From the NCBI GenBank assembly GCA_022614965.1, contig JAKEHO010000017.1, positions 54,280 to 118,279 of the forward strand: a stretch of DNA of 64,000 nt, in the 5' to 3' direction. The stretch comes from Gammaproteobacteria bacterium (GTDB taxonomy: Bacteria; Pseudomonadota; Gammaproteobacteria; JAKEHO01). Positions 9,728 to 21,006 of the stretch are shown piece by piece (positions within the stretch are counted from its first letter, which is position 1; every line of letters begins with the position of its first letter). Both the position numbers and the translations under genes were made by a program. Below the pieces are notes generated by a model. It searched no databases. It saw only the letters and a list, made by a program, of their open reading frames with translations, and had not been told where the DNA came from.

Positions 9728-12700
9728 ATGGTCATGGGCCACACCGCGCATAAAAGCCTTTTTTCCGCTGAATTTCCCAGGAACCCTGGTGAACAGGGCT
9801 GCTGGGGAAGATTGTATGGGAGTAGCAAGGCTCTTGCCATGCGAGTGGCGGCAGAGCGTAATACCATCCCTATCGTTCTCGTCACGCCGGATAGCCTGAC
9901 GGCGAACCGCATCCAAAGTGAGCTGCAGTTCTTCAACAGCAGTAATGATGCGCTGCCAATTCTATCTTTTCCAGATTGGGAAACTCTTCCGTATGACCAG
10001 TTCTCTCCATATAGAGATATTGTCTCCGAGCGCATTGCGACGCTAACACGTCTGCCGTTACTGACCAGTGGCATCCTTGTGGTCCCCGTGACCACGCTCA
10101 TGCATCGAGTGGCGCCACGTGAGTATATTGATGCCAACAGCCTTTTAGTGTCGGTCGGCGATCGGTTAGAGATCGATAGATTCCGCTACCGCATATCTAG
10201 CGGAGGTTACAGCGGTGTATCACAGGTCATGGAACATGGTGACTTCGCAGTGCGTGGATCACTGATCGATATCTTCCCGATGGGCAGCGAACTACCTTAC
10301 CGGATCGATCTGTTCGATGAGGAAGTGGAAAGTATCCGCGTATTTGATCCGGAAACGCAGCGTTCCCAACAGACTGCCGAGTCCATTTACATATTGCCGG
10401 CCAGAGAGTTTCCTCTTACGGAGGAAGCGATTACTCGTTTCCGATCGCACTGGCGAAGTCGCTTTGAGGGCAATGCCGCGGCGTGCCCGATATACAGAGA
10501 TGTGAGTCAAGGACTTGCCCCGGCGGGCATTGAATACTACCTGCCATTGTTTTTTCCAGAGACGAATACGTTGTTTGATCACCTGCCTGATGCGTGCGTG
10601 ATTGTTGTTGATGATGACGTTGAACAGGCGAGTACCGGATTTTGGGATGATATTCGAGAGCGTTACGAGCAGGCTCGGCATGACAGAGAGCGGCCGCTGC
10701 TTCCCCCACATGAGGTTTTTCTACACCCGGACGAGCTGTGGACAGCGACAAAGTGCTTCCCGCGGCTATCGCTCAGCACGCTAGCACAGAAAGAGTTCGC
10801 GGGTGCTACGAACTTTGCCGTTAGCGCGCCCACTCAGCTTCCAATTGAGGCGCGCGCCCCCGATCCGCTCGCCGTAGTGAAACGCTTTCTAGCTGGATTC
10901 AACGGTCGCGTTCTGTTTGTCGCCGAGTCCAATGGCAGACGGGAGACCTTGCTGGAGCTCTTGTCTGAACATGCGCTCAGGCCCGTCTTGTTCGATACCT
11001 GGTCGGCATTTAGGGCAGATAATGCGCCGCTCGGTCTTACGGTCGCACCGTTAGAACAGGGGACGCAACTGGATAGCCCCCGGATTGCCGTTATCAGCGA
11101 GACCCAACTGTTCGGTGAGCGCGCTATGCAAAGGAGGCTCCGCAAGCGAGCCCAGCGCGACGCGGAACTCATCGTCCGTAACTTGACGGAGCTTACGATG
11201 GGGGCCCCCGTCGTTCACGAGGAGCACGGAGTAGGACGCTATCGGGGTTTGGTGACATTGGACGTGGATGATGTCAGGGCAGAGTTTATCTGCATCGAAT
11301 ATGCCCAGGGCGACAAGCTCTATGTGCCGGTATCGTCTCTGCATCTAATCAGCCGATATACAGGCGTCGATGGCGAGCATGCGCCTCTGCACAGATTGGG
11401 CAGCGCGCACTGGCAGCGCGCCAAACGCAAAGCAGCGGAGCGCGCTTATGATGTTGCGGCTGAACTCCTAGAATTGAATGCACGCCGCGCAGCCCGCTCT
11501 GGCTTTAGCTATACAGTGGATGAGGACGCTTACCGGGCCTACGTCCAAAGGTTTCCCTTCGAGGAAACTCCGGATCAATTGGCAGCGATACAAGCAGTGC
11601 TTGAAGATATGCAGGATGACAAACCGATGGACCGTCTTGTCTGTGGCGACCCGGGATTTGGCAAGACGGAGGTTGCCATGCGGGCTGCATTCGTAGCCGT
11701 ACAGGATGGGAAACAGGTTGCCATATTGGCACCCACCACACTGCTTGTTCAACAGCATTACCAGAATTTTCTTGACCGTTTTGCGGATTGGCCGGTACGC
11801 ATTGAACAGTTATCACGGTTTCGCTCACGTAAGGAACAGGATAGCGTAATTCAAGGACTCGCCACAGGTTCTGTTGACATTGTCATTGGAACGCACAAGC
11901 TGCTACAGGACACGACCCGGTTTAAACGCCTTGGCCTTGTCGTGATTGACGAAGAACACCGCTTCGGTGTGCGCCAGAAGGAAAAATTCAAAGCATTGCG
12001 CGCGGAGGTGGATCTGCTTACGCTCACTGCGACTCCAATCCCTCGCACCTTAAACATGGCATTATCCGGATTGCGCGAGCTTTCCATCATAGCGACTCCG
12101 CCATCCCGCCGCCTGGCCGTTAAGACATTCGTGCGGGAATGGAATGCGCCTCTTGCACGAGAGGCCGTGCTACGCGAGATCAAACGAGGGGGACAGGTGT
12201 ACTTTATTCATAATGAGATTCAATCTATCGGAAAGATTGCGAAGAAGGTGGAGACATCGGTCCCCGAGGCCCAGGTCCGCATTGCCCATGGCCAGATGCG
12301 TGAGAAGGAACTCGAGCAAGTAATGTCGGATTTTTATCATCGTCGGATCAACGTGCTTGTATGTACCACCATCGTTGAAACAGGCATCGATGTTCCAACG
12401 GCAAACACAATCATTATCGATCGCGCGGACAAGTTCGGCCTGGCCCAGCTCTATCAGCTGCGTGGCCGTGTTGGACGCGCTCACCATCGTGCCTATGCCT
12501 ATCTCATGGTTCCACCGCGTAACATGATGACAGCCGATGCTCATAAGCGACTTCAGGCCTTAGCGTCGCTTGAAGAACTGGGCGTAGGATTTACTCTGGC
12601 CACCCATGATCTTGAGATCCGAGGCGCAGGCGAGATTCTAGGTGAGGAACAGAGCGGTCATATCCAAGAGATCGGCTTCGGCCTTTATATGGACCTACTG

Positions 12701-13210
12701 GAACGCGCGGTCCAGGCGTTGCGCGCCGGCCGCCAGCCGGAGTTAGACCGTCCCCTTGATCATGGCGCGGAGATCGATCTTCACCTACCCGCGCTGATTC
12801 CCGAAGATTATCTTCCGGACGTTCATATGCGGCTTATTATGTACAAGCGTATAGCCAGCGCTAAAGATGACGATGAACTGACCGATTTGCAAGTAGAAAT
12901 GATTGATCGGTTCGGTTTACTGCCAGCTGCAGCAAAGAACCTAATCCGCATAACCGCTTTAAAGCTCAAAGCGAAGCCTTTGGGTATCCGTAAGATTGAC
13001 TTAGGTAAAGATGGTGGACGCATACGTTTCCATCCGCATCCTGCCATCGATCCAATGCGGGTTATGAAGTTGATCCAATCGCAGCCACAGACATATAAAC
13101 TGGACGGTCAGGATAAGTTGCGTATTATGAAAGACCTGCCCGATGGTGAAATGCGTGTGGAACTATTAGCCAATCTTTTCGAGCAGCTCGATACGCGAGA
13201 CGCTGCCTAA
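9728..13210 (+). CDS. mfd: Transcription-repair coupling factor
   Basis: UvrB-like N-terminus, CarD-like RID (PVVHEEHGVGRYRGL), DEEHRFGV, TATPIPRTL, QLRGRVGR and TRCF C-terminal domain. Confidence 0.98.
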   Translation: MVMGHTAHKSLFSAEFPRNPGEQGCWGRLYGSSKALAMRVAAERNTIPIVLVTPDSLTANRIQSELQFFNSSNDALPILSFPDWETLPYDQFSPYRDIVSERIATLTRLPLLTSGILVVPVTTLMHRVAPREYIDANSLLVSVGDRLEIDRFRYRISSGGYSGVSQVMEHGDFAVRGSLIDIFPMGSELPYRIDLFDEEVESIRVFDPETQRSQQTAESIYILPAREFPLTEEAITRFRSHWRSRFEGNAAACPIYRDVSQGLAPAGIEYYLPLFFPETNTLFDHLPDACVIVVDDDVEQASTGFWDDIRERYEQARHDRERPLLPPHEVFLHPDELWTATKCFPRLSLSTLAQKEFAGATNFAVSAPTQLPIEARAPDPLAVVKRFLAGFNGRVLFVAESNGRRETLLELLSEHALRPVLFDTWSAFRADNAPLGLTVAPLEQGTQLDSPRIAVISETQLFGERAMQRRLRKRAQRDAELIVRNLTELTMGAPVVHEEHGVGRYRGLVTLDVDDVRAEFICIEYAQGDKLYVPVSSLHLISRYTGVDGEHAPLHRLGSAHWQRAKRKAAERAYDVAAELLELNARRAARSGFSYTVDEDAYRAYVQRFPFEETPDQLAAIQAVLEDMQDDKPMDRLVCGDPGFGKTEVAMRAAFVAVQDGKQVAILAPTTLLVQQHYQNFLDRFADWPVRIEQLSRFRSRKEQDSVIQGLATGSVDIVIGTHKLLQDTTRFKRLGLVVIDEEHRFGVRQKEKFKALRAEVDLLTLTATPIPRTLNMALSGLRELSIIATPPSRRLAVKTFVREWNAPLAREAVLREIKRGGQVYFIHNEIQSIGKIAKKVETSVPEAQVRIAHGQMREKELEQVMSDFYHRRINVLVCTTIVETGIDVPTANTIIIDRADKFGLAQLYQLRGRVGRAHHRAYAYLMVPPRNMMTADAHKRLQALASLEELGVGFTLATHDLEIRGAGEILGEEQSGHIQEIGFGLYMDLLERAVQALRAGRQPELDRPLDHGAEIDLHLPALIPEDYLPDVHMRLIMYKRIASAKDDDELTDLQVEMIDRFGLLPAAAKNLIRITALKLKAKPLGIRKIDLGKDGGRIRFHPHPAIDPMRVMKLIQSQPQTYKLDGQDKLRIMKDLPDGEMRVELLANLFEQLDTRDAA

Positions 13211-13212
13211 TC

Positions 13213-14031
13213 ATGGCGCTCACGGCTCGCATCATCTGCCTCTTAATCTGTCTCCTCGGCGCCCCGGTATGCGCGCCCGGGCAAATCTCTGCCGAGGAGG
13301 ATCTCTGGTATCAACTGGAACTCATCGTTTTCGAACAACTCAAGCCGGATGCCAACGGCGAATCGTGGCCGAGTAATCCCGGGTTTCCGGATCTTGACGG
13401 GAGTATCGAGTTGATTTCCGATGTCCCGGAATTCCTCGACGCCGACTCGCAAGGCAGCGGACAGTCCGCAGGACCCCCGGTGACTGTCCCCATGGCGTTT
13501 CATCCATTGCAGCCTAGCGAGCTTGGTCTTGCCGATGTAGAGGTTCTGCTCAAGAAGTCCTCACGCTACAATCCCATCTATCAGGTTGCTTGGCGGCAAC
13601 CCGAATTTGCGCCAGCTGATGCGCGTGCAGTTCATGTGGCGGCCACTGACATCGCGCCCCCTAGTGCGGGCGAAGTCGCGGTGGCCCCCGATCAAAGCGT
13701 TGATGAAGGCAAGGGACTCCATTCTCTCAGCGGCTTCGCTCCGGCAGATTCCGCACGGGTCGACGGTATCGTGCGCCTTAGAAAGACCAAATACCTGCAT
13801 GTGGACGTCGATCTCGTGTATTTCCTGCCTGAGTACCTACGCCACGATGCGATCGCGATGGGTGGAACGCACCTCTCAAGTGGGGCAGTTTTGACAGACC
13901 AGCAATCGATGTATGTCAGGCTGACTGAAAGCCGCAAGATTCGTGTTAATGAGCTGCACTATTTTGATCATCCTTTGTTCGGCGTCTTGCTGAAGGTCAC
14001 TCTTTATCAACCCGAAGGCGCTAGTCCTTAG
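13213..14031 (+). CDS. CsiV-family peptidoglycan-binding periplasmic protein
   Basis: Signal peptide, WYQLELIVF, AWRQP, YLHVDVDL, ESRKIRVNELHYFDHPLFGVL; sits after mfd as in other Gammaproteobacteria. Confidence 0.85.
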   Translation: MALTARIICLLICLLGAPVCAPGQISAEEDLWYQLELIVFEQLKPDANGESWPSNPGFPDLDGSIELISDVPEFLDADSQGSGQSAGPPVTVPMAFHPLQPSELGLADVEVLLKKSSRYNPIYQVAWRQPEFAPADARAVHVAATDIAPPSAGEVAVAPDQSVDEGKGLHSLSGFAPADSARVDGIVRLRKTKYLHVDVDLVYFLPEYLRHDAIAMGGTHLSSGAVLTDQQSMYVRLTESRKIRVNELHYFDHPLFGVLLKVTLYQPEGASP

Positions 14032-14078
14032 TTACGGTACGCTCGAGTCAAGCCGTTCCACTTGTCCGCTCAGAGCCA

Positions 14079-14819
14079 TTAGATTATCGGTATCGTGTTG
14101 GCGAGAACTCGGTGTATGTTCTCCATCGCGGCTGTGAGATTCGCCTCGATGGCCTGCATCGTGATCTTCTCATGGGAGCGCCCAGCGGCCCAGTTGGCGA
14201 CCACGGCGCAGGCGGCGTAACAGAGCCCCAACTCACGCGAGAGAGCTGCCTCCGGCATGCCGGTCATGCCGACCACGTCGCAGCCATCTCTTTCCATGCG
14301 CTCAATCTCCCTAGCGGTCTCAAGCCGTGGCCCTTGGGTAGCGCCGTATGTTGCCGAGTCGGCAGGCGCGAGTGCAGCCTTTCGGGCGGCACTAATCAAC
14401 GTGGCTCTCAGCTCCTCGCAATAGGGTTCGGTAAAATCGACATGCGTCAGTGCCGTGAGATCATCTTCAAAGAATGTATGGGCACGCGAGTGCGTGTAGT
14501 CGATGATTTGGTTGGGAAATACCAGGCGGCCGGGATACATCGTAGCGGTGATCCCTCCCACGGAGTTGATGCTAATAATTTTTTTTACGCCACTCTCCTT
14601 GAGTGCCCAAATATTCCCCCGGTAATTCACTCGATGGGGAGGGATGGTGGGCGGATTGCCGTGCCGGGCGAGAAAAATAACCTCCTTGCCACCGAAGCGC
14701 CCAAATACCAGCGCGGCTGACGGTTCACCGTAGGGCGTTTTCCAGGCCTCTTGCCGGGTGATCACGATCTCGTTGAGAAGAGTCAAGCCGGTCCCGCCAA
14801 TGATCGCAAGTTCAGTCAT
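14079..14819 (-). CDS. S-methyl-5'-thioinosine phosphorylase (MTAP/MtnP family)
   Basis: IIGGTG, TPYG, FLARHG, PPHRVNYR, TQGPRLET, VVGMTGMPEA; base-specificity segment VVANWAAG has Asn. Confidence 0.9.
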   Translation of the reverse strand: MTELAIIGGTGLTLLNEIVITRQEAWKTPYGEPSAALVFGRFGGKEVIFLARHGNPPTIPPHRVNYRGNIWALKESGVKKIISINSVGGITATMYPGRLVFPNQIIDYTHSRAHTFFEDDLTALTHVDFTEPYCEELRATLISAARKAALAPADSATYGATQGPRLETAREIERMERDGCDVVGMTGMPEAALSRELGLCYAACAVVANWAAGRSHEKITMQAIEANLTAAMENIHRVLANTIPII

Positions 14820-15391
14820 GTTTCCTTCACTGCATAGATCCCTGGGGCGTTGCGTAGGTAACCCATGAAGTCCATGCCGTATCCAAACACATAACGATTG
14901 GGTACCGTGAGCCCAACAAAATCTGCTTGCTTGAGCCCAAGGCGTTCCACGGATTTCTCAAGCAGCACAGCCGTATACACTTTTTCTGCGCCTGCCTGCT
15001 TGCACTCCTCGACAATCGCTGCCAGCGACAGGCCCTCATCAAGTATGTCATCGACGATAAGGACGGTGCGTCCCGTCAGTGAGATCGCTGGACGCTTGAG
15101 CCATTGCAGTGCGCCTCCGGATGTCTTTTCACGGTAGCGCGTCGCATGCAGGTAGTCGACTTGCAATGGAAAACCGAGACGCATCAATAACTTGCCCGTT
15201 GGGACGATGCCACCAATCATGACACACAAGATCACCGGGTTTGAGTCCTTAAGGGTGTTTGTGAGGGCGTCTGCCAGCCTGTCAAGCGCTTGTTCGACCT
15301 GCTCTACGGTGTAGATAAGGTCGGCCGCCGCGAACGCAGCGGTGCTCGTTTGCAAACTCTCTAGTTGCGTTGATTGCTTTGGTCTGCTCAT
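14816..15391 (-). CDS. hpt: Hypoxanthine-guanine phosphoribosyltransferase
   Basis: DYLHATRYR, PRPP motif VLIVDDILDEG, YVFGYGMD...LRNAPGIYAV. Confidence 0.92.
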   Translation of the reverse strand: MSRPKQSTQLESLQTSTAAFAAADLIYTVEQVEQALDRLADALTNTLKDSNPVILCVMIGGIVPTGKLLMRLGFPLQVDYLHATRYREKTSGGALQWLKRPAISLTGRTVLIVDDILDEGLSLAAIVEECKQAGAEKVYTAVLLEKSVERLGLKQADFVGLTVPNRYVFGYGMDFMGYLRNAPGIYAVKET

Positions 15392-15565
15392 TTAGCCTGA
15401 CTATTATCCTTGCCAAGGCCTTCTTTTCCACCAGGATGTACGTGAACTCAAGACAAAATGCCAGCGGTTTAGCGCACCTTGCTGAGATCGCTGCGGATCG
15501 CATGAGCGCATAGGGCACGATTGAAGGCTAAACTCTACTGTAGGAGTATGGGTGGAGCTTCTTTA

Positions 15566-16921
15566 ATGGCTAGGGCCGGGCTGGCAATTTCCCTTTCGGC
15601 TGCCCTCGCATGGCAGGTCTTTGCAGGTGCTGAGCGTTACGCGACCATTTTGACGATCGATGATGCCATTGGGCCTGCGACAGGCGATTATGTGCACCGT
15701 GGGTTGGAGCAGGCTAGGGAAGGGGGCGCTGAATTGGTCATTATCCGCGTGGATACGCCGGGCGGCTTGGATACCGCGATGCGGGATATGATTCGCGACA
15801 TCATTGCTTCGCCTATTCCGGTCGTCGTATACGTCGCGCCTTCGGGCGCACGAGCCGCCAGCGCGGGGACCTACTTGCTGTATGCGGCCCACATCGCGGC
15901 GATGGCCCCGGGGACAAACCTAGGAGCCGCGACGCCAATCCAGCTTGGTGGAGTCCCGGATATAAGCCCACCAGAGGGCGCGGGCGAGAAAGAAAAAGAC
16001 AAGGATCAGGGCGCGGCGGATGATTCCGACAGTGCTATGCAGAAGAAGATTGTAAATGATGCGGTTGCGTACATTCGCAGCCTTGCGGAAATGCGGCACC
16101 GTAATGCGGAATGGGCAGAACAGGCGGTACGGGAAGCCGCAAGCCTGCCCGCCAAAGAGGCGTTGAGCCAAGGCGTAATCGACATCATGGCAGGGGACGT
16201 CTCTGAATTACTGTCAGAGCTGGATGGTCGTGAAGTAAATGTGTTGGGCCGAGACATCAAGTTGAGCACACAAGGCCTCATCACCCAGGCGATTGATCCA
16301 GACTGGCGAAGCCGCTTGCTAGCCGTCATCACGAATCCGAATGTGGCTTACATTCTCATGCTCTTGGGGGTCTATGGACTCATCTTTGAGCTGGCTAATC
16401 CCGGGGCCGTGCTACCGGGTGTGATGGGTGCCATCTGCCTGTTGCTGGCCCTGTATGCATTGCAGGTGTTGCCGGTTAATTACGCAGGGCTCGCGCTTAT
16501 CATTCTTGGAATCGTCTTTATGATCAGTGAGATGTTTGTTTCCAGCTTTGGCGTCTTGGGCATCGGTGGGGTCATTGCCTTTGTTATCGGTTCAGTCATC
16601 CTCTTTGATACTGATGGGGGGCAGCTCGCGATCTCCGTACCGTTAATTGGCACGTTGGCACTTGTCAGTGCAGGCTTTTTTATGGTCATTATGGGTATGG
16701 CCTTGAAGGTCCATCGACGTCCAGTGGTGAGCGGCATGGAAGAAATGGTCGGGATCCAAGGCGAGGTATTGGAGGATTTCAACGGCTCTGGACGTGTACG
16801 CGCCCACGGGGAGTCGTGGCAAGCTCGCTCTGACTCGCCCCTTCGGCGTGGGCAAAGAGTACGGATCACCCGACTCGAAGGGCTAACCCTGGTTGTGGAG
16901 CCAATCAACAAGGAGCATTGA
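15566..16921 (+). CDS. NfeD family membrane-bound serine protease (long form)
   Basis: [26 protein letters not shown]lpP-like domain, TM block and C-terminal OB fold ([12 protein letters not shown]); start chosen from SD GGAG, upstream in-frame starts exist. Confidence 0.93.
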   Translation: MARAGLAISLSAALAWQVFAGAERYATILTIDDAIGPATGDYVHRGLEQAREGGAELVIIRVDTPGGLDTAMRDMIRDIIASPIPVVVYVAPSGARAASAGTYLLYAAHIAAMAPGTNLGAATPIQLGGVPDISPPEGAGEKEKDKDQGAADDSDSAMQKKIVNDAVAYIRSLAEMRHRNAEWAEQAVREAASLPAKEALSQGVIDIMAGDVSELLSELDGREVNVLGRDIKLSTQGLITQAIDPDWRSRLLAVITNPNVAYILMLLGVYGLIFELANPGAVLPGVMGAICLLLALYALQVLPVNYAGLALIILGIVFMISEMFVSSFGVLGIGGVIAFVIGSVILFDTDGGQLAISVPLIGTLALVSAGFFMVIMGMALKVHRRPVVSGMEEMVGIQGEVLEDFNGSGRVRAHGESWQARSDSPLRRGQRVRITRLEGLTLVVEPINKEH

Positions 16922-16922
16922 T

Positions 16923-17690
16923 ATGATCGCATTGATCACGATCGTCGTTACAACAGTCTTAGTGTTATGGCTGTCATTAAATGTACTCCGCGAGTACGAG
17001 CGTGGCGTGGTGTTTCTGCTCGGACGTTTTCAGCGGGTTAAGGGGCCTGGACTCATTATAATTATCCCGGGCATTCAGCAGATGGAACGCGTTGATCTCC
17101 GAACGGTCGTGATGGATGTGCCGAGCCAGGACGTGATCTCAAGGGATAACGTATCAGTCAAAGTAAACGCCGTAATTTACTTTCGCGTGATCGATCCAGA
17201 AAAGTCAATCATTCAGGTCGAGAATTTTCATGCCGCTACCAGTCAGCTTGCCCAAACGACCCTACGCTCTGTCCTTGGCCAGCACGATCTGGACGAGATG
17301 CTCGCAGAACGGGAAAAACTCAACATCGACATTCAACAGATCCTGGATCATCAGACGGATGCTTGGGGCATCAAGGTCAGTAATGTGGAGATCAAACACG
17401 TGGATCTCAATGAGAGCATGATCCGCGCGATCGCCAAGCAGGCCGAAGCGGAACGAGAGCGCAGGGCAAAGGTGATCCACGCCGAGGGCGAACTGCAAGC
17501 ATCGGAGAAACTGTTCCAGGCGGCACAGGTCCTGTCACAGAATCCGCAGTCGTTACAGCTGCGTTACCTTCAAACGCTAACAGAAATTGCTGGCGAAAAG
17601 AGTTCGACGATTGCGTTTCCTATACCGATCGATATTCTCAAGCCATTCATGGATCTGGCGGCGAAGAAAGGCAGCGGGGGCGACGCCTGA
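16923..17690 (+). CDS. SPFH/stomatin-like (slipin) protein
   Basis: [68 protein letters not shown]. Confidence 0.95.
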   Translation: MIALITIVVTTVLVLWLSLNVLREYERGVVFLLGRFQRVKGPGLIIIIPGIQQMERVDLRTVVMDVPSQDVISRDNVSVKVNAVIYFRVIDPEKSIIQVENFHAATSQLAQTTLRSVLGQHDLDEMLAEREKLNIDIQQILDHQTDAWGIKVSNVEIKHVDLNESMIRAIAKQAEAERERRAKVIHAEGELQASEKLFQAAQVLSQNPQSLQLRYLQTLTEIAGEKSSTIAFPIPIDILKPFMDLAAKKGSGGDA

Positions 17691-17821
17691 TCTTGCTTTT
17701 TTCGCGGGCAAGCAAGCCGTACAAGCGGATCCCTCGAGCGGAGGCGCGCTGTGTGTGGGCTGCACCTCGCTGAGTGGGCCGGGACCGGTTCCACCTTTGC
17801 TGGCGCTTCAGTACGGCTGCT

Positions 17822-18781
17822 GTGACGGACGAGGCTGCAGGTGTCTGCGTTTATATCGGCGAAGCGCTCGGCAGCTATGGCTTCGGGGACGCTCACCCCT
17901 TCAGCCGAGAGCGACTCGATGTCTTCACGCGAGCGCTCGCTGCAGCGGGTCTCGACCAGCAGGTTCGGCTATGCAAGCCAGTCAAGGCAGAGCGGGCCAC
18001 CATTGAACGGTTCCACAGCGCTCAGTATGTAAACCGGGTTATCCATCAGTCAGCTACCGGCGAGGGATTCTTGGATTTTGGTGATACGCCGGCATTTCCA
18101 GGCATTTTTGATGCGGCTTCTTTTGTTGTGGGAAGCACGCTAAATGCCCTCGACAAGATAATGCACGGTAGTTGCCGACGTGCATTTGTGCCTATCGCAG
18201 GATTGCATCACGCACGCAGGGATTCCGCTGCTGGGTTTTGTGTCTTCAATGACTGTGGCGTGGCCATTGAGACATTGCTATCGATGTATGGACAGACCCG
18301 GATTGCCTATGTGGATATCGACGCGCATCACGGGGATGGTGTGTTCTATGCTTTTGAAGACAATCCGAGCGTGTTTTTCGCTGATTTACATGAGGACGGA
18401 CGCTATCTTTTCCCAGGTACGGGTGGTGCCGATGAAACAGGTCGAGGAAAGGCAGCTGGGACAAAACTAAACATTCCCATGCCGCCCTATTCAACAGATG
18501 AGGAGTTTATGCAAGCTTGGGATCGCGTCGAAGCATTTCTCCATGAGGCGCAGCCCTCTTTCATATTGCTTCAGTGCGGTGCCGACAGCCTTGCCGGTGA
18601 TCCCATAACTCATATGCAATATTCAGCTGCCGCCCATGCACATGCAGCCACGCAACTGTGCAAATTGGCTGATCAGTACTGCGAAGGGCGGGTACTGGCA
18701 ATGGGTGGTGGCGGCTACAATCATAATAATATTGCCCGGGCATGGACAGCGGTGGTGCGCGCCTTTGTTGGGAACTTGTGA
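17822..18781 (+). CDS. Zn-dependent deacetylase, HDAC/AcuC family
   Basis: GLHHARRDSAAGFCVFND, YVDIDAHHGDG, QCGADSLAGDP, GGGGY; start uncertain (GTG 17822 or 17774). Confidence 0.92.
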   Translation: MTDEAAGVCVYIGEALGSYGFGDAHPFSRERLDVFTRALAAAGLDQQVRLCKPVKAERATIERFHSAQYVNRVIHQSATGEGFLDFGDTPAFPGIFDAASFVVGSTLNALDKIMHGSCRRAFVPIAGLHHARRDSAAGFCVFNDCGVAIETLLSMYGQTRIAYVDIDAHHGDGVFYAFEDNPSVFFADLHEDGRYLFPGTGGADETGRGKAAGTKLNIPMPPYSTDEEFMQAWDRVEAFLHEAQPSFILLQCGADSLAGDPITHMQYSAAAHAHAATQLCKLADQYCEGRVLAMGGGGYNHNNIARAWTAVVRAFVGNL

Positions 18782-19027
18782 CGACGCTTTGAATCCATCC
18801 GGCCACTGTTTCAGCTGCTCACTCTGGGCCCCTAATCTATCCGATTGAAAGAGATGCAGAGCGGGCTGCTATACACAAGCGGTCATTCTCTGATAGGCTT
18901 ATACGGGTATCTTTCCCATGAAATCTTGTCCTTGGTTGACGCGCGCTCCGCTGCGTCGGTGCCTCTAAGATGCGTCGGGGACCTCGGCCTATTAGTCTTG
19001 CCAATTAACGATAAAGAGAGGACAACC

Positions 19028-20320
19028 ATGTTCACCAGTGAGATGCAGATCGCAGGTTTCGATGATGCGCTTTACCGTGCAATTCAAGGCGAGAGACAAC
19101 GCCAAGAAGAGCACATTGAACTGATCGCCTCTGAAAACTATACCAGCCCCCGGGTTCTCGAGGCACAGGGCTCCGTTCTGACGAACAAATATGCTGAAGG
19201 ATACCCCGCTAAGCGCTATTACGGCGGCTGCGAATATGTCGATATTGTCGAGCAACTCGCGATTGATCGGGCAAAAGAACTGTTTGGTGCCGATTTCGCG
19301 AACGTACAACCGCATTCCGGATCACAAGCTAACGGTGCTGTTTATCTTTCACTGATCCAGCCAGGCGATACGATCATGGGGATGAGCTTGGCCGATGGTG
19401 GTCATCTAACCCACGGGGCAAAGGTCAATGTCTCAGGGAAGATTTACCATTCGGTCCTTTATGGGCTTAATCCTGAGACCGGCGAGATCGATTACGATGC
19501 CGCGGAAAGACTAGCCGTTGAAAACAAACCCAAGTTAATTATGACTGGGTTTTCCGCCTATTCACGAATATTGGACTGGCAACGATTTCGCGACATTGCC
19601 GATGGCGTGGGAGCCTACCTTGTTTCCGACATCGCCCATGTGGCGGGGCTGGTGGCGGTCGGGCTTTACCCGAGCCCGGTGCAGATTGCAGATGTCACCA
19701 CGACAACTACGCACAAGACGCTGCGTGGACCACGTTCAGGTTTGATTCTCGCTAAGAGTAATCCGGATATCGAAAAGAAGATCAATTCCATGGTGTTTCC
19801 GGGATATCAGGGTGGCCCGTTGATGCACGTCATCGCGGCCAAGGCGGTGGCATTCAAGGAAGCGATGCAGCCTGAATTCAGAGTGTATCAACAGCAGATA
19901 GTGACAAATGCAAGAATCATGGCCAGTACCTTCATGGACCGGGGTTACAAGGTGGTATCCGGTGGGACTGACAACCACCTGTTCTTGGTTGACCTGGTCG
20001 ATAAGGGGATTACCGGCAAGGATGCAGACGCCGCGCTCGGGCAGGCCAACATCACGGTAAACAAGAATGCGGTGCCCAATGATCCTCAATCGCCATTTGT
20101 GACTAGTGGGATCCGTGTCGGGACGCCCGCAATGACCACACGTGGATTTAAAGAGGGCGAAGCGAAAGTACTTGCCGGTTGGATGTGCGACGTATTGGAT
20201 AATATTCGCAACGAAGCCACGATACAGCGAGTGAAAAAGCAGGTGCTCAATATCTGCAAGCGATATCCGGTCTATGGCGAATCAAGTCGGAAAAAGGGCC
20301 GAGAAGTAGGCGCAATGTAA
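19028..20320 (+). CDS. glyA: Serine hydroxymethyltransferase
   Basis: [53 protein letters not shown] before ATG 19028. Confidence 0.99.
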   Translation: MFTSEMQIAGFDDALYRAIQGERQRQEEHIELIASENYTSPRVLEAQGSVLTNKYAEGYPAKRYYGGCEYVDIVEQLAIDRAKELFGADFANVQPHSGSQANGAVYLSLIQPGDTIMGMSLADGGHLTHGAKVNVSGKIYHSVLYGLNPETGEIDYDAAERLAVENKPKLIMTGFSAYSRILDWQRFRDIADGVGAYLVSDIAHVAGLVAVGLYPSPVQIADVTTTTTHKTLRGPRSGLILAKSNPDIEKKINSMVFPGYQGGPLMHVIAAKAVAFKEAMQPEFRVYQQQIVTNARIMASTFMDRGYKVVSGGTDNHLFLVDLVDKGITGKDADAALGQANITVNKNAVPNDPQSPFVTSGIRVGTPAMTTRGFKEGEAKVLAGWMCDVLDNIRNEATIQRVKKQVLNICKRYPVYGESSRKKGREVGAM

Positions 20321-20493
20321 CAAGCAACATCCTGCGATTACGATTCGCAGAATGCGTTGAGCCGTTCAGCCATTGCGAGCCTGATTTACGCTGGATCCGT
20401 GTGGGCGGGTAAGGAGTCAGTTGCCCAGGCCTACTCCGATTGACGTGAACTATTACGATTGACGCGTGATTCCCTACGCACGATGTAGACTGT

Positions 20494-21006
20494 ATGCGCT
20501 GTCCGTTTTGCGGCGAGCTTGAGACTCGAGTCATTGATTCCCGTCTTGTCGGTGAAGGCGATCAAGTCCGCCGCCGCCGTGAGTGCACGGGCTGCAATGA
20601 GCGCTATACAACCTATGAATCAGCTCAACTAAGCCTACCGCGAATCGTTAAATCGGATGGACGACGCGAACCGTTCCAGGAAGAAAAGCTCCGCGGGGGA
20701 ATGTTAAGGGCTCTTGAAAAGCGGCCCGTAAAGATGGAGAGCATTGAAATTGCGATCTCCAAGATTAAGCATCGATTACGCGCTGGCGGGGAGCGCGAGA
20801 TCAAGTCACGTAAGGTCGGCGATTTGGTCATGGAGCAATTGAGGGTGCTGGATCAAGTCGCTTACGTGCGTTTTGCTTCTGTGTATCGTAGCTTCGAGGA
20901 CGTACGGGCTTTCCTTGAGGAAATCGAGCGTCTCGAAAATGAGTTGCCGCCGGAGTTAAAGGAGAATCAGCTCGACTTGTTGCCAGCGGATGGTGAAAAG
21001 CATTGA
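20494..21006 (+). CDS. nrdR: Transcriptional repressor NrdR
   Basis: [20 protein letters not shown] zinc ribbon plus ATP cone, [10 protein letters not shown]. Confidence 0.98.
   Translation: MRCPFCGELETRVIDSRLVGEGDQVRRRRECTGCNERYTTYESAQLSLPRIVKSDGRREPFQEEKLRGGMLRALEKRPVKMESIEIAISKIKHRLRAGGEREIKSRKVGDLVMEQLRVLDQVAYVRFASVYRSFEDVRAFLEEIERLENELPPELKENQLDLLPADGEKH

Noticed and set aside
9722..9733. In-frame pyrF-TAA-ATG-mfd junction as a read-through fusion
   Set aside because: TAA is an efficient stop and I know of no PyrF-Mfd fusion; simple coupling explains it.
18782..19027. Possible ZTP (pfl) or glycine riboswitch upstream of glyA, and the 61-aa N-terminal extension in the ORF track
   Set aside because: No recognisable conserved riboswitch core; an SD supports ATG 19028 as the real start.
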